A stretch of 63,989 nt of DNA, filler included, from Octopus bimaculoides (GCF_001194135.2; 7 parts of 6 records of this genome joined end to end with filler, not necessarily neighbours in it); one strand, 5' to 3'. Shown: positions 14,172 to 29,300, counted from the whole stretch's first letter. Notes: a model not told the origin generated them from the sequence alone. A program made the numbers and translations.

Positions 14172-14939
14172 TACAGCTATGAACTTCCCAAAAGCGGTTT
14201 CTTCACATTTATTCATTTACTCAAAGAAAATAACCATTTCTTTTACCAGGCTTGCACACACACACACACACACACAATGGGCTTCTTCACATCTTCAGTC
14301 TAGTATTTCACTCAGAAATCATTGGTTGGCCCAAAGTTATAGTAGGAAGAGTGCAGTGGGACTGAACCTGAAACAACAGTTTTAATATTATTCCTATGAT
14401 TCTTTGCTGCCTAAGACAAAATACACAAACAATGCAGCACTACTACCAGCATTTTATTCAGATGAAGAGGCCAGGAATGTCCAAGGAAATGTTAGAAGAC
14501 GTACTATCAATCTTTTGGAAAAAAATATAAAGATTAAATTTGAAAACCACCATATCATAAGTATAATATCTACATCAACACAAACACACACACACACACG
14601 GACACACACACACCTATTTACAATCATACACATATACATAGATAGCTAGGATTCTGTTAGGTAATCATAGTAATTGGCAATAAAAATGAAATCAATGTCA
14701 CAAACTGAGTAGAGATACTTGTTTATTGTTTTCTTTACAACACAGCCAGATGTTACAACTCATCTCAGTGAGGAGTCGAGAGACATAACATCTGTCTGTG
14801 TTGGAAACAGATAATATATATTTATTATCGAACGCACATACTCAATGTATATGCTTTACTTACATTGAGTATGTGAGTTTGATAATGTTTACAACACTAG
14901 TGTTGCTTCTAATTCATATTTGAATATATATATAAATTT

Positions 14940-16215
14940 ACAAGTGCTGGAAAGGATTCACCATCATAGAAGATTTTGAAAATGGTTTCCTGCAGCATCC
15001 ATAAACAGCTGTGCACCTCTAACTATATTTAGGGGCACCTGGTATAAAATAGTGATATTGATGGTGATGGCCACATGCATGATATTGTCCTTCAGTTCCT
15101 GTAGTATGTGCGGACGTTTTTGTACACTGTGTTCTACAAGTGTCCCCAGAGATAATAAATCACACATTGAATGGTTCAAAGAATGTGGTGGCCATAAGTT
15201 TTGCTAGCTGTGTGTTTCTCAGACATGGGCTCACTGTATGGACACCAGAGAAGTATGGAAAGTCACCCTGTCCTGCTGGAAGAAGTACACCTGTCTTTCA
15301 TCTTCAGTGTGTTGAACACAAAACTGGTCATGTGGACCAATATTCATGTAGACTTCTGTGTTGATAGAACTGTCAAAAAATATGAGTCCAATGATGCATG
15401 TCCTAAACACTAAACACCTTGTTCATACACAAGGTGTGGATTCTCCACTGCTTAGTACTGTGCATTTTGTGAATTTACATGGCTGGAGAGATGAAACCAT
15501 ACCTTGTCACTCATTATGTAGTGGGTGTAGTTCACCATCAGCAATGCTATTCAGAAGCCATGTGCAGTAATTTAATTGTTTTCTTCTTGCCATCCACTTT
15601 TAATTGCTGCACACATGCGAAATGATATGGCTTAAACTTTAGAATTTTCAACAGCTGTCGACATGACTGGCTTATAAGAGACTACTGCACCAATTTAAGA
15701 TTTGACTCCTTTGGACTTCAAATAATTCTTTGATGAATATCCTGAATAACTTCTGGCTTTCAAATTGTTGGGTCTCTTAGTTTTGGAGCATTGTACTCTG
15801 ACCCCATTGTGCGCCACTTCTCAATCAACATTTGTATTGTTCTCTTTGCCAACAAACCTTTAACCAGAAACTTGACTTTAAAAAATCTCATGCTTTTGGC
15901 TTAGCAGAACCTGTTCTCACATTCACTTCCACAATCTCCATTCTTTCTGCTATTGAGTATATCATCTTGCAGAAAAGATTAGAAATGTTCACTCAAAGAA
16001 ATCTTAAAAATCAATTAATCTGTTGAGGATGCAGTGAAGATAACATAGCAAACAGTCAACTTGTGCACCATCTTAGTTTAACAATTACAAACATTCAAAA
16101 TAACACTTTGACACTTGCAAATGTTAGGCTGGTAGATTTTTTTTGTGTCTGTAACTTTATTTCTGTATTTACCTTATGCTACGGAATCCAAGTTACTATT
16201 TCATGTACCAACCTG
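14940..16215 (-). mobile_element. Degenerate Tc1/mariner-superfamily transposase relic (boundaries uncertain)
   Basis: Minus-strand fragments MSDKVWFHL, HVNSQNAQY*AVENPH, YFFQQDRVTFHT, LWGHL, LQELKDNI...AAGNHFQNLL. These correspond to the FSDEAxF / QQDGA / LWGxLK motifs, with many stops and frameshifts. Confidence 0.75.
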
Positions 16216-16445
16216 TATATATATATTCTTTTATTTACTTGTTCCAGTCATCTGACTGTGGCCATGCTGGGGCACCACCTTAAATGGTTTTAGTTGAAGA
16301 AATTGATCCCAAGACTTATTCTTTGTAAGCCTAATACTTTTTCTATTGATCTCTTTTGCTGAACTGCTAAGTTGCAGAGACATAAACACACCAGTATTGG
16401 TTGTCAAGCGATGACAGGGGGACAAATACAGACACACACAAATAC

Positions 16446-16482
<37 letters not shown>

Positions 16483-17618
16483 CATATGGGGAAAAATACG
16501 TTCAAAAGAGAACAATTCGTACTTTTTGAGAGGTCTAAAAAGAGAGAAAGAATGATTTCTAATAAAGATTCATCATATTCATAAAAAAACAGCCAGAGCA
16601 AGTAATAAGAATATGAAAATAGTAGTTGAAAAATATCGTTATAGGTATACATATACCATACACAATAATAGAAAAATGGAGGAGAAAAAAATGTTGAATC
16701 AAAATTACATTTAATACGAAATAGGATTCAATACATACGCACGTTTCAAAGGACAATACAAATATGTAAGAAAAAAGTTATAGTAATTATAATTAAATTT
16801 ATGCATTGTCATTTTCATCAGTGTGAGGAATTTTTGTAAAACATCAAAAAAAGATTAAATAAAATAAAGTAAATTAGAATAAGATACAATAAGGGAGAAT
16901 ACAAATGGGGTAATAGGGAAAAAATCGGATATTTACAAGCAAGTTGTAAAAGAGAAAAAATAACAGCAATAGTAAGAGAGACGAAAGAGAAAAAAAGGCT
17001 GACATATCAATGTATATGCACGTCTATATGTGCAGTAAACTGTAACATAAAAATAAGAATAAAAATCTAACAGATATGTTTTAAAAAATGGTAATAAGTC
17101 GAGACAAAGTATAATAAACAGGGCCATGTGTGTATAGTAGAATATAACGTAACAGGTGGACTAGTAGAAAAACCATAGAGAGTTATACATATACATATTA
17201 ATATTGAAAAACAAAAAAAAAAATATATATATATATATATTTTTACACGAGACTAAAAGTGATAGGCAAGACTATGTTTGAAAAAGTTACAATATTTAAC
17301 CAAAAATGTACATACAAGCAGAGAAAAACCCCAGAGAACTTACCAAGGAAAAAACATCAATTACAGACAAGACCGGCCGGTGTATTCAAGATAAATGCCT
17401 TACTCAAAAACTAGCTCGAGATAGGGGAAACAATCATAAAAAAGTAGGAACAGAAAACGAATATATGAAGGAGAAAATTATTATAAAATTACAAGTGATA
17501 GAATAAACATATACACTTAACACATAAGGATATAAAGTCGTAACACATATACATACACACACATATGCAACTATATATACATACACACATACATGCTTAT
17601 AGATATATATACATACCT

Positions 17619-17667
<49 letters not shown>

Positions 17668-17995
17668 NNNNNNNNNNNNNNNNNNNNNNNNNNNNNNNNN
17701 NNNNNNNNNNNNNNNNNNNNNNNNNNNNNNNNNNNNNNNNNNNNNNNNNNNNNNNNNNNNNNNNNNNNNNNNNNNNNNNNNNNNNNNNNNNNNNNNNNNN
17801 NNNNNNNNNNNNNNNNNNCTCTCGAATTTAAGACAGAACCGTTCATTTTCATAATTATATAAGACTCTTCAAGGCATAAAAGGCACGTTCTATTTGTAAT
17901 CCTATAAGAGGTGGCAGAAGAAACAATATTCCAAGAAATTTCTGTTGTCTCTTTTAAGCTGCCATATCTTATGTATGTATGTATGTATACATACG

Positions 17996-18539
17996 TGTAG
18001 GGATCTAGCTTGATCCTGCCTAAGATTTGAAACCAAATCTACTTGCTTGTTGCTTGTCAAAACGAGCGGGGAATTCCTCTCCACACCAGATGATTGAGGA
18101 GGAAACACTCTACCCCCTAGGACCTGTGTTGGTCAAGGAAAGGTCAGTCCTCTTCGTTTAGGGTTTGACCTGCATTACTGACCATAATCTTTATAACAGA
18201 GAGAATTTCCTATCTCTTCCTCTTATATTTCAGGTATGACCAAAGAGCAACACGGCTCTCCTCGGCCGCAAGAAAGACGATGCCTCCTCTATCCTTTCTT
18301 GTCAGCACCGTGCATTCCTTACTCTTTCACTCTCTACTGACAGACAACCCTTTTCCACACTACCAACTACTAACCAGCGAGCCATCCTTATTGTCACTAT
18401 CACTAGAATTGCTACTGACTCGTTTACCTGTTGGGTAAACGAATAAACATATGTAAATAATATATTTTCCTTCTTGGTGTTGATTTTTCGATGTTTACTG
18501 GTTACTCAGACGATAGAACCTTGAAGTGTTACATCTACA
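17996..18539 (+). mobile_element. Possible solo LTR
   Basis: TGTAG...CTACA termini, a TATA-like site (~18190) and AATAAA (~18442); more GC-rich than its flanks. No TSD found. Confidence 0.3.
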
Positions 18540-20404
18540 CGCTACATTTAGTGGTGGGCTACATCATATCGAATTGATATGGCACATCACATCCAGCCTG
18601 CTACATACGTACGTACATTTATATACTAGAATTGAAAAATGCGCACGCTCAAAAGGGTTACAGAATGTCATAATAAACCTTAAAAAGTATGTTGCTCAAA
18701 AATATTGGAATCACTATATGTTGTACATTCTGTGACATCTTAAAATGGAGACTCGTGTGAATTACGATGTCACGATTATTATTAAACTGAGTTCCTAATA
18801 TAAAAATTTGAAAATGTACAAAATATGATCTTTTACATCAAATAAGCAAATTCATTATAATAATCTTCATACCAAAGTATATAAAAAAACATATTTCACA
18901 CTGCATGCAAATTACCATGATAATAAAAAGAAAACTGGATTTATAATGAAGTTGAATCTATATAACAGCGAAAGTACGAAACCGAAATAATTATAAGCAA
19001 AGATAATTCGCATTATGATACACATATTAATGGAATAGTTATGCGAATTAAACAAATTATTACTAAATTATTTTTGATTGATTACTTGTAAATTTATAAA
19101 AATCATCATTCATATTGTCTAAAGTGATATTAGTATTTGTCTACAACTGTTTTGTTAAAACTGAGCATACGATAATTTAACTTAATTTTTAAAATAACTT
19201 AATTTCGATGAAATAAACAAATGTCTTGCGATAAAAAGATGTCGTCACAGAATATACAACATATAGTGATTCCAATATTTTTGAGCAACAGTGCTAGTCC
19301 CATACTTTTTAAGGTTTATTATGACATTCTGTAACCCTTTTGAGCGTGTGCATTTTTCAATTCTAGTTTCGTACTTTTTTTAGGCAACGCTTGTAATATT
19401 TTATATATATACCATATTTCTCCTAATGGTGTGGCAGCTAATGAGTGTGTGTGTGCGTACGTGTTCTTGTCTGTGTGTAAGTGTGTGTGTGCATACTTGT
19501 TCTTGTGTGTGTGTGTATGTGCATGTTCTTGTATAGTCCCACAGATCTTGTTTAATTTAACTTTAAAATTAACAGAAATCAATGTCCTTTATATTTCTTT
19601 CTTTTGCATAAGTGTTAATTTACATTTCTTCCTTTTTTCCATGCATGTTGCAATATTTCGGCTCTTTGATGCATGCTGCAATATTTCGGCTGTTTGGTGA
19701 TTAAAAAAAAACACTACATAGACTATTATAACTAATACGGATTTGTCAACGTTGATCTCGTTTTCTTGGGAATTTACGGATTTTACATACACAAATGAAG
19801 CAGGTAAGAACAAATATGCAAGAATCTCCGCGCGTTTAAAATGCGACATTGTTTTTCTTATGTCCACATTCCACACACATAAATACATAAAAACAGAACA
19901 CGCTCGCACACCCAGTAGCTTCCTCCACACACATAAATACATTAAAACAGAACACGCGTGCACACACACAAACGCACACCCATTAGCTTCCTCTTCCACT
20001 TTGAAATGTCATACAGAACAAGCACACACGAAGACTGCTCCATGCCAAACTACCACCCATTGGTTGATGATGGCTGAAAGTTAAGCAATAAAACGTAATC
20101 ACTACGCAAACGGCTATACCCCCACTTTCACTTTTATTCACAAGCTAGACATATATCGTCAGACATGCAACAGACTCGACTGTTGTCTGTCACTGTGTGC
20201 CTGACAGATATGCAGTGGCAAGGAAAAAGTTTAGAGTGACTTCAAGATTCAGCTCATTTGCTTTCATCTGGTATTCTCTCAAAGGCAACTGAGCTGAAAC
20301 TTCAGAGTCACTGTCATCCTATCCCTTTGTAAAGATAAATATGAATGATATTCTGTGTACTGAGTGATCCTCTGCTTGTCCTTGTCTATGTGTGTATGTA
20401 TGTA

Positions 20405-20462
<58 letters not shown>

Positions 20463-20956
20463 ATAATGATTTCAAATGGAGCAGTAGATGAATGGGATGA
20501 TATCTATGTTATTTAGATAAAATTGTTGTTATTCTGCTATTTGTGTTGTTCTTTATATGTTACTGTTGGTAGATTCTTTAGCGTTGCTTCATGTTTTTCA
20601 CCATATTGATTTTTGAAGATCTAGTTATTTAGAGTTCTTCCATTGTCTGTTTTGGGCCTTGGACTAGTTTAAATGTTTCTATTGTTTCTTATTTTTATAT
20701 CAAAGTAGTATTTAAGGGTCTTTACATTTAATTGGATCTAGATCAAAGTTTTAGTTTGCTATTAGAGTCAGTTCATGAGAAATTCAGTGGTACAGAGGAT
20801 TTATTGAGTTAGGTAGGTATTAGCTTGAAATTACATTATGGTGGATTTGTGACATACATAAATGCTGTATACCACTAAATTTCTCATGAACCAACTATTC
20901 ACATGTGTGTATATATACATCTATATCTATGTATACATCTTTTCATATATATATAT

Positions 20957-20992
<36 letters not shown>

Positions 20993-21989
20993 GCGTGTGT
21001 GTGTCTGTGTATAAATATATATGCACATACATATACAATATACATTTACATTCTGATGTGTGTGGTCATTGGAAAATATCCAAATGAATCAATATGTGTG
21101 TATATCTAAGCTATACATATATATGTGTTATTGACAGATATCCATGTATGTGTCTATTTCTACATACAAAATTGAGTGCATATATCATATCTGTGTGTAT
21201 TCTTACTTTTTACATGCATTTATTCATGCGTACATATAGGTATGCACACTTGTATATGAAACCGTGTTTGTGTTTCCATATGCTTCTATGTATGTGTATC
21301 GAATTTTGAACTGATTTTGTACTTTTATTGCAGTGATTTCAGCAAGAGCTATGAATAAGAAATAATGTAGCCAACTGGAAGATTATAATTGCTCTGAATT
21401 ACAACTGCCAGCTATAATCAACATGAACAGATTAGAAGTTGATCCAAATTTGAATTGCAATCACTTTTACTTTACACGCTTGTTTAGCCCTTGAACATTC
21501 TGAAAGAATGTTTGTGAATGAAATAGTATCATTTAGAATCACTTCAACAAGCAATATGTTTGGCATTAATTTTAGGGACATCACAAGAGGTTGCATAATA
21601 TGACCAAAGCCATACAAATGCAAAGCTGAAGAATTTAAATTTTATATTATTATCACAAGCATATATTGTGAGCTAATGAAGGTGCTTCTCCATTTTTGCT
21701 TGATCTGTTAAAAATAGTAGCCAAATCTCCTTTAAATTACACCCTTCTGTATTTATAAATAAAAAGTAATAGATAGATCTTTGTTAGTTTCAATGGTGAA
21801 TATTCCGTTGTTTGGTCAGCTGAACTCCCAGTTCACTGAATTGGCTGAGTATACCAAGGATACTTGTTCTCTTAATGCAATTCTCAGGCTGAATGAGTGT
21901 ATTGTTGTTTGATAGGCTGGAGCTTTAAAATGTTGGCTCAAAATCCATCTGGTTGACTTATAGTTTCTGTCTATTCATTTTCACTCACA

Positions 21990-22280
21990 AGTGACAGAGT
22001 ACTTAAGATCAGACTAGTGCTTCATCATAGATTAGCTACTGTCATCTCAGCCTATGCACCTCAACCGGGGCTACCAGATGGTCTGAAAGACCAATTCTAT
22101 GACACCCTCTTGTAAACTACCTCGTCGACGAGTGACAGGGACCTTCTCTTTGTGGCTGGAGACTTCAACGGTCATGTCGGACGTCGTGCTGGAGGCTTCC
22201 ATGGCATACATGGAGGCTATGGCTTTGGTTCCCGCAACGAGGAGGGAACCAGACTGCTGGAGTTCTGTGATGCAACCGAT
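21990..22280 (+). mobile_element. RTE-clade LINE AP-endonuclease fragment (one in-frame stop), cut by gap
   Basis: SDRVLKIRL...VISAYAPQPGLPDGLKDQFYDTLL*...AGDFNGHVG...GGYGFGSRNEEGTRLLEFC carries the APE motifs AYAP and GDFNGH. Confidence 0.9.
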
Positions 22281-22380
22281 NNNNNNNNNNNNNNNNNNNN
22301 NNNNNNNNNNNNNNNNNNNNNNNNTTAATTAATTAANNNNNNNNNNNNNNNNNNNNNNNNNNNNNNNNNNNNNNNNNNNN

Positions 22381-22425
<45 letters not shown>

Positions 22426-24131
22426 TCTCTCTTTCTAACTATCTGTATATCTATCTCTCTATCTTTTCTCTTCCTCTCCATCTCTCCTCCTCCAGCACTA
22501 AAATTACAGTCACTTCCTCTTTGAAGAAGTGGCTTGTTTTTGAGGTAACCCGAGCCACCGGAATTAAAATGATGTTTACCCGTTACCGGCCTACAGAGAA
22601 ATTATTTTAGGGACATAATTTTGTATCGCCTATTTAATTTCGGATCAGTTGGTTCAAATCTACATTATGGCAGTTATGTTAAATATTAATTCTTCATAGG
22701 GTAGCTAGCTGGCAGAATAATTAGCACGCCGGAGAAAATGCTTAGCGGCATTTTGTCCGTCGTTATGTTCTTAGTTCAAATTTTGCCGATGTCAACTTTG
22801 CTTTTTTTTGTTTCGGGAACGATAAAATAAGTACCAGCCATGTGCTGAGGTTGATGAGAATCCATACATAAAGCAAGCAAATCTACACATACATACATAC
22901 AAACAAAAATACCCTGTTGTTGATGTTGAAATTTCAATGAAGGAGCCTTGGATCTAGGTTAGAAACCGGTTCATTTTCTATTGGCGAGAAATCTTAAAAT
23001 AAACTGAATAATGACATACATACATACATACATACATACATACATACATACATACATACATACATACATACATACATACATAAAAAATATATACATATAC
23101 ACAAGCACAGTGCCATGTAGAGTTGATCTGAAAAAGGTAAGATTATGAAAATCAGTATAGGAAAGATTCTTTTTACTATCGGCTTTCCGACTCGTAACAA
23201 ACTGATATACAAAGTCAGAAGGAATTGTAATTGGCAATGGTAGATCATTCGATGAGCATAATGCGAAAATGGCAAATATATATAGAAGACTGACGTTGTA
23301 GATTCTGAGAACATTCAGAACAAGAACACAGGAGGTCATATTGGAAGATATTCGTTGTCAGTCACCCAGACTTTTGCTCCAACTATGTTCACCACATCCT
23401 GCCAAGTTCACTGCTGAGCTGGAAAATCTCCAGAAGACCTATTAAAACAGAAAAAGGAAAAATGGTGAGCTAATAAGAGAGACTGGAAGCTTTGAAGTTA
23501 TGTTCCTAGGAATGAAGAAGGGAAACGATGTGAGATCGTCTATATTTGGAAATCGCTGGAGAGACAAATGTCAAAGGCTGGTATCCAAAAACCATACAAA
23601 TCCTCCAGAGAGGCAGCCATTTCGTAGTTCCAAAATTTTCGTCATGAATGAAAATAAGGTACTGCAAGAATTTCGGTTAAAAGGTTGTTACAGTATCTAG
23701 GTTTTCGTTTCAGAAGGCATGGGTAGGGATGTCAACACTTCCAAAAATATATTTGAAGATTCTGCTTTGTACGAAACCTTCATCACAGCAGGAGAGAACG
23801 TTGAAAGCAGCAACATCCTACTTCCTCTTTCATCCAAAATGAGTACAAGGCTGAAAGAGATGTCCTGGCGATGCCCCAGCGTGCTGACGGCCAAAAAGCT
23901 GAAACGGTAAAAGGATGCAAGAATATGTGAGGGCGTGTGTAGACACGCTTCGAAAGCATTTTTTAAAATACCAGTTATACACTAGGGCTAGGGAATACAA
24001 TCGACATTACCTTGTTGCACTTGTTTGCGCTTTGTGCTAAGGCGTAACATATCACCAAATCTGGGGTACATGTGTATATCATTGTGTGTGTAAATGTGTA
24101 TATAGCAGCGAGCATTGTGTGTATGTATATA

Positions 24132-24188
<57 letters not shown>

Positions 24189-24343
24189 NNNNNNNNNNNN
24201 NNNNNNNNNNNNNNNNNNNNNNNNNNNNNNNNNNNNNNNNNNNNNNNNNNNNNNNNNNNNNNNNNNNNNNNNNNNNNNNNNNNNNNNNNNNNNNNNNNNN
24301 NNNNNNNNNNNNNNNNNNNNNNNNNNNNNNNNNNNNNNNNNNN

Positions 24344-24419
<76 letters not shown>

Positions 24420-24779
24420 TGTGTGTATATATATGTGCGTGCGTGCCTGCGTATTTGTGTGCGCGTTTATGTATATGCGCGTGTACATGTGTATGTAATT
24501 ATGCGTCCATACTTTTATGAGCTCACGATAGCGGATGGCGGTAGGGGAGATCGTTGGAACTCTAAGGTAAGAAACAGCACCGAGTTTACCTAATTACCAA
24601 ATTCTCCAAGATAAAAACCACCTCCCGGCGTTCCTTTGATGAACTACATACACGTCTGTCTGCAGTTTCTCTAGATGAGTTTGTGTTGGTGTATATAGTC
24701 GTGAAAGTGCTCATGCGTGCGTTTACATATACACATATGCCCGTGCACACACGTACCTACATACACGCACACACGTATG

Positions 24780-24893
<114 letters not shown>

Positions 24894-25016
24894 TGTATGT
24901 ATGTATGTATATAGCAAGATCGTTATTTAGTGGGGGCTACGTAGACATAAGCCTGTATGTATAGATATGCGTGTGTGCAGTTGCATGCGTGTGTGCAGTT
25001 GCATGCGTGTGTGTGT

Positions 25017-25084
<68 letters not shown>

Positions 25085-25749
25085 ATATCTATACATACAT
25101 ATATATATATACATATGTATATATATACATACGTATATATATATATATATATATATATACATACATATGTATATATATCTATACATACATATATATATAT
25201 ATACATATATATATACATACTATATACATACATATTATATTCATACATATGTATATATATATAGATATGTATATGTACCTTCATACATATATACACACAC
25301 ACATATATANNNNNNNNNNGAAACACTATGAGAGTGAGTGTGTAAATTGTAAATAAGTTCATTTACTGTTCTATGAATGTCACCAACACACAGCTTTCTC
25401 TGAGACACAAACAAATCATTAACCAATTCAACTGGTTACCCCCATACGCTTCTTCCTGATCGTGAACAGTTTCCGTTGAACCTGGTTGCCTCTGACTAAA
25501 GTGAGTGTTGATTCTGCTAGCAGCCAAATCTCAGCTCGGCTTTATCCGTATCATTTTAAAAAGAAAATGCGGGAGAGGCACTGAATAATGATGCCTCAGA
25601 AAAAGGTGACATGGCCACAGTGAGGACGCTCCTGATCTTAAAACTACTTGATATGTTCTGACCTTGTGTTAAACAACTGCAGCAAAATACTTAATCTAAG
25701 ACGTTGTCCCACGCTTTCGTTCATAACTGTTTAGAATTACTAAGGCGTC

Positions 25750-25954
25750 GAGTTGGCAGAGAGGTTAGCACGCCGGGCGAAATGCTTAGCTGTACTTCGT
25801 CTGTCTTTACATTCTGAGTTCAAATTCCGCCGAGGTTGACTTTGCCTTTCATCCTTTGGGGTTGATAAATTAAGTACCAGTTGCGTACTGGAGTCGATCT
25901 AATCGACTAGTCCCCTCCCCGAAAACTTCAGGCCTCGTACCTAGAGTAGAAAAG

Positions 25955-25987
<33 letters not shown>

Positions 25988-26210
25988 GTTGTTGTTGTTG
26001 TTGTTGGAAGAATCGTAAGCACGCCAGGCGAAATGCTTTGCGGTATTTCGTCTGCTGCTACGTTCTGAGTTCAAATTCTGCCGAGGTTGACCTTGGCCTT
26101 CCATCCTTTCGGGGTCGATAAATTAAGTACCAGTGGAGTACTGGGGTCGATCTAATCGACTAGTCCCCACCCCACCCCAAAAAAAAAATTTCAGGCCTTG
26201 TGCCAGTAGG
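25750..26210 (+). mobile_element. SINE family A (two adjacent copies)
   Basis: GTTAGCACGCCGGGCGAAATGCTTAGC...GTTCAAATTCCGCCGAGGT.GACTTTGCCTTTCATCC...TAAGTACCAG. Other copies at ~5812-6035 (-), 9664-9880, 22705-22850, 34890-35110, 36700-36915 (-), 42545-42640, 540-635 (-). Confidence 0.85.
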
Positions 26211-26838
26211 ATTATTATTTTTGTTGTTTTTGGAGCAATCGTNNNNNNNNNNNNNNNNNNNNNNNNNNNNNNNNNNNNNNNNNNNNNNNNNNNNNNNNNN
26301 NNNNNNNNNNNNNNNNNNNNNNNNNNNNNNNNNNNNNNNNNNNNNNNNNNNNNNNNNNNNNNNNNNNNNNNNNNNNNNNNNNNNNNNNNNNNNNNNNNNN
26401 NNNNNNNNNNNNNNNNNNNNNNNNNNNNNNNNNNNNNNNNNNNNNNNNNNNNNNNNNNNNNNNNNNNNNNNNNNNNNNNNNNNNNNNNNNNNNNNNNNNN
26501 NNNNNNNNNNNNNNNNNNNNNNNNNNNNNNNNNNNNNNNNNNNNNNNNNNNNNNNNNNNNNNNNNNNNNNNNNNNNNNNNNNNNNNNNNNNNNNNNNNNN
26601 NNNNNNNNNNNNNNNNNNNNNNNNNNNNNNNNNNNNNNNNNNNNNNNNNNNNNNNNNNNNNNNNNNNNNNNNNNNNNNNNNNNNNNNNNNNNNNNNNNNN
26701 NNNNNNNNNNNNNNNNNNNNNNNNNNNNNNNNNNNNNNNNNNNNNNNNNNNNNNNNNNNNNNNNNNNNNNNNNNNNNNNNNNNNNNNNNNNNNNNNNNNN
26801 NNNNNNNNNNNNNNNNNNNNNNNNNNNNNNNNNNNNNN

Positions 26839-26881
<43 letters not shown>

Positions 26882-27242
26882 TTATATATTTATATATACG
26901 TGCTGGTACACGTATATATATTTGAGAGTAAATATGTAACATTTGATACGTATACGAAATTTTGTATACCTACCGATGATGTATACGGGAGATATGTATT
27001 CAGATATTGGCTTACAAACACATTTAAGTACATCATTAATAATTAACATACATCAGTTCGTATAAACACGCATGCGTATTTTTTATGTTTAGATTATAGC
27101 TTAAGGCATATATATATATCTATCTACACATCTCCCGTGTATATGATCCATATGTTTACAAACTTACGTAAGGTATGTATAAATGTATATGTGTATGTAT
27201 GTATGTATGTATGTATGTATGTATGTTGCATGTATATATGTA

Positions 27243-27275
<33 letters not shown>

Positions 27276-27299
27276 TCTCTTCTATTTTTAATTATTTGA

Positions 27300-27594
27300 A
27301 GTCTCTGTAAAAGGAAGGAGCTGATTTCTAAAAAAAGATACAAAGCTCCATCGTTTGAAATTAGATAACAAGGAAAAATTCACATTTTGAACTTGAGAAA
27401 ACCTTGTACATTTTCACTGTTCCGCTTACAGATTATATCTGTGCAAGTTGGCTGGTTGATGGCTTTTTCTGAAAATCCCAATTTATCCGGATTGTCGTTT
27501 AGATGTTTACTCACAAAATCACGCACACCAGCTGTGGTTCGTATTAGTGTGAATTTGTAATCTTGATACAGAAACTGGAGGTTTCCAAGCAGTT
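27300..27594. repeat. Unclassified interspersed repeat; sibling at ~51410-51705
   Basis: Both copies share AAATTCACATTT.GAACTTGAGAAA, ACTGTTCC.CT.ACAGATT, TTTTCTGAAAATCCCA.TTTATCC and GGAGGTTTC.AAGCAG in the same order. Confidence 0.7.
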
Positions 27595-28712
27595 NNNNNN
27601 NNNNNNNNNNNNNNNNNNNNNNNNNNNNNNNNNNNNNNNNNNNNNNNNNNNNNNNNNNNNNNNNNNNNNNNNNNNNNNNNNNNNNNNNNNNNNNNNNNNN
27701 NNNNNNNNNNNNNNNNNNNNNNNNNNNNNNNNNNNNNNNNNNNNNNNNNNNNNNNNNNNNNNNNNNNNNNNNNNNNNNNNNNNNNNNNNNNNNNNNNNNN
27801 NNNNNNNNNNNNNNNNNNNNNNNNNNNNNNNNNNNNNNNNNNNNNNNNNNNNNNNNNNNNNNNNNNNNNNNNNNNNNNNNNNNNNNNNNNNNNNNNNNNN
27901 NNNNNNNNNNNNNNNNNNNNNNNNNNNNNNNNNNNNNNNNNNNNNNNNNNNNNNNNNNNNNNNNNNNNNNNNNNNNNNNNNNNNNNNNNNNNNNNNNNNN
28001 NNNNNNNNNNNNNNNNNNNNNNNNNNNNNNNNNNNNNNNNNNNNNNNNNNNNNNNNNNNNNNNNNNNNNNNNNNNNNNNNNNNNNNNNNNNNNNNNNNNN
28101 NNNNNNNNNNNNNNNNNNNNNNNNNNTATACATACATATATACATACTTACATACGATAGGCTTCCACACAGCTTTCATTTACCAAATTCTCTCACAAGA
28201 CATTGATCGGGCCTATAGCTGAGGCGTTTGCACAAGGTGCCGCGCAATGGGACTGAACCCGAGACTACGTTGTTGCAAAGCGAGTTTCTAAACCTCACAG
28301 CCATGCCACTAATTTTTTCTTCCATATTATTCTAAAGATATTTGGTGGTGGTTTCCGGTTTCTGTAATGCAGACGTTACAATTCAGGTGAGACGCTCTCA
28401 CGCCAGACTTTTTAAGAGTTTATTCACACTTTGGTCTGTGTTTTGTCGATTTAAATACCAGCGTACTCTCTATCCAGTGACCTTGTTATTTTGTTTAATG
28501 TGTAAAAGAGATTGCTCTCAGTGTATATTTTGCTTCTCTTTAAATTCTTCAACAGTCTTAATGATGTTTTCATTTTGGTGCTTGCTCATTTGGCCGAGAT
28601 GGTAGCTGAGCTCAGTTCTCTCCAGGAATGTTATTGTTGTTGTTACTATTGTTGTTGTTGTTGCTATATTTTGATATTGCTGTTGTTGAATCAGTAACCT
28701 TGAAACGTTTCG

Positions 28713-28744
<32 letters not shown>

Positions 28745-29215
28745 TACTTTTTACCACACCGCTGCGATTGTGCCTAGGGTTAAATCGTTTGAATAGTTCA
28801 ACAGACAGTATGGAACACAGATTTCGGCTGAAGACAGTACATTGATATTACCATTTATTAGATGCTGAAGCTCGGCAGATCCATTAACATTTAAACATTC
28901 TATGAAAGAATAAACAAACACAAGATCACTTCAGACAGAAAATGACATTATTTGACGAGAGAAGATGCCTCTTTACAGATCATGTATATCCTAAACGCAT
29001 TTGAAATGATCTTCAGTTTGTTTATTTTTACACCCCTCACCGCCCATATGATCCATTGAAGTATGTGTTTGCGCTTGAGTGAACTTCCATCCCATCTCGC
29101 GAAGAATAATATCTTTTTGGCTTATAGCGGCGATGTTTGGGCAAATTATTTTCTTCTTTTTATTATTATTGTCTTTTGCTGTTCTTTTTGTTTGTGAAAA
29201 TTCTTCGCTCGTTCA

Positions 29216-29300
<85 letters not shown>

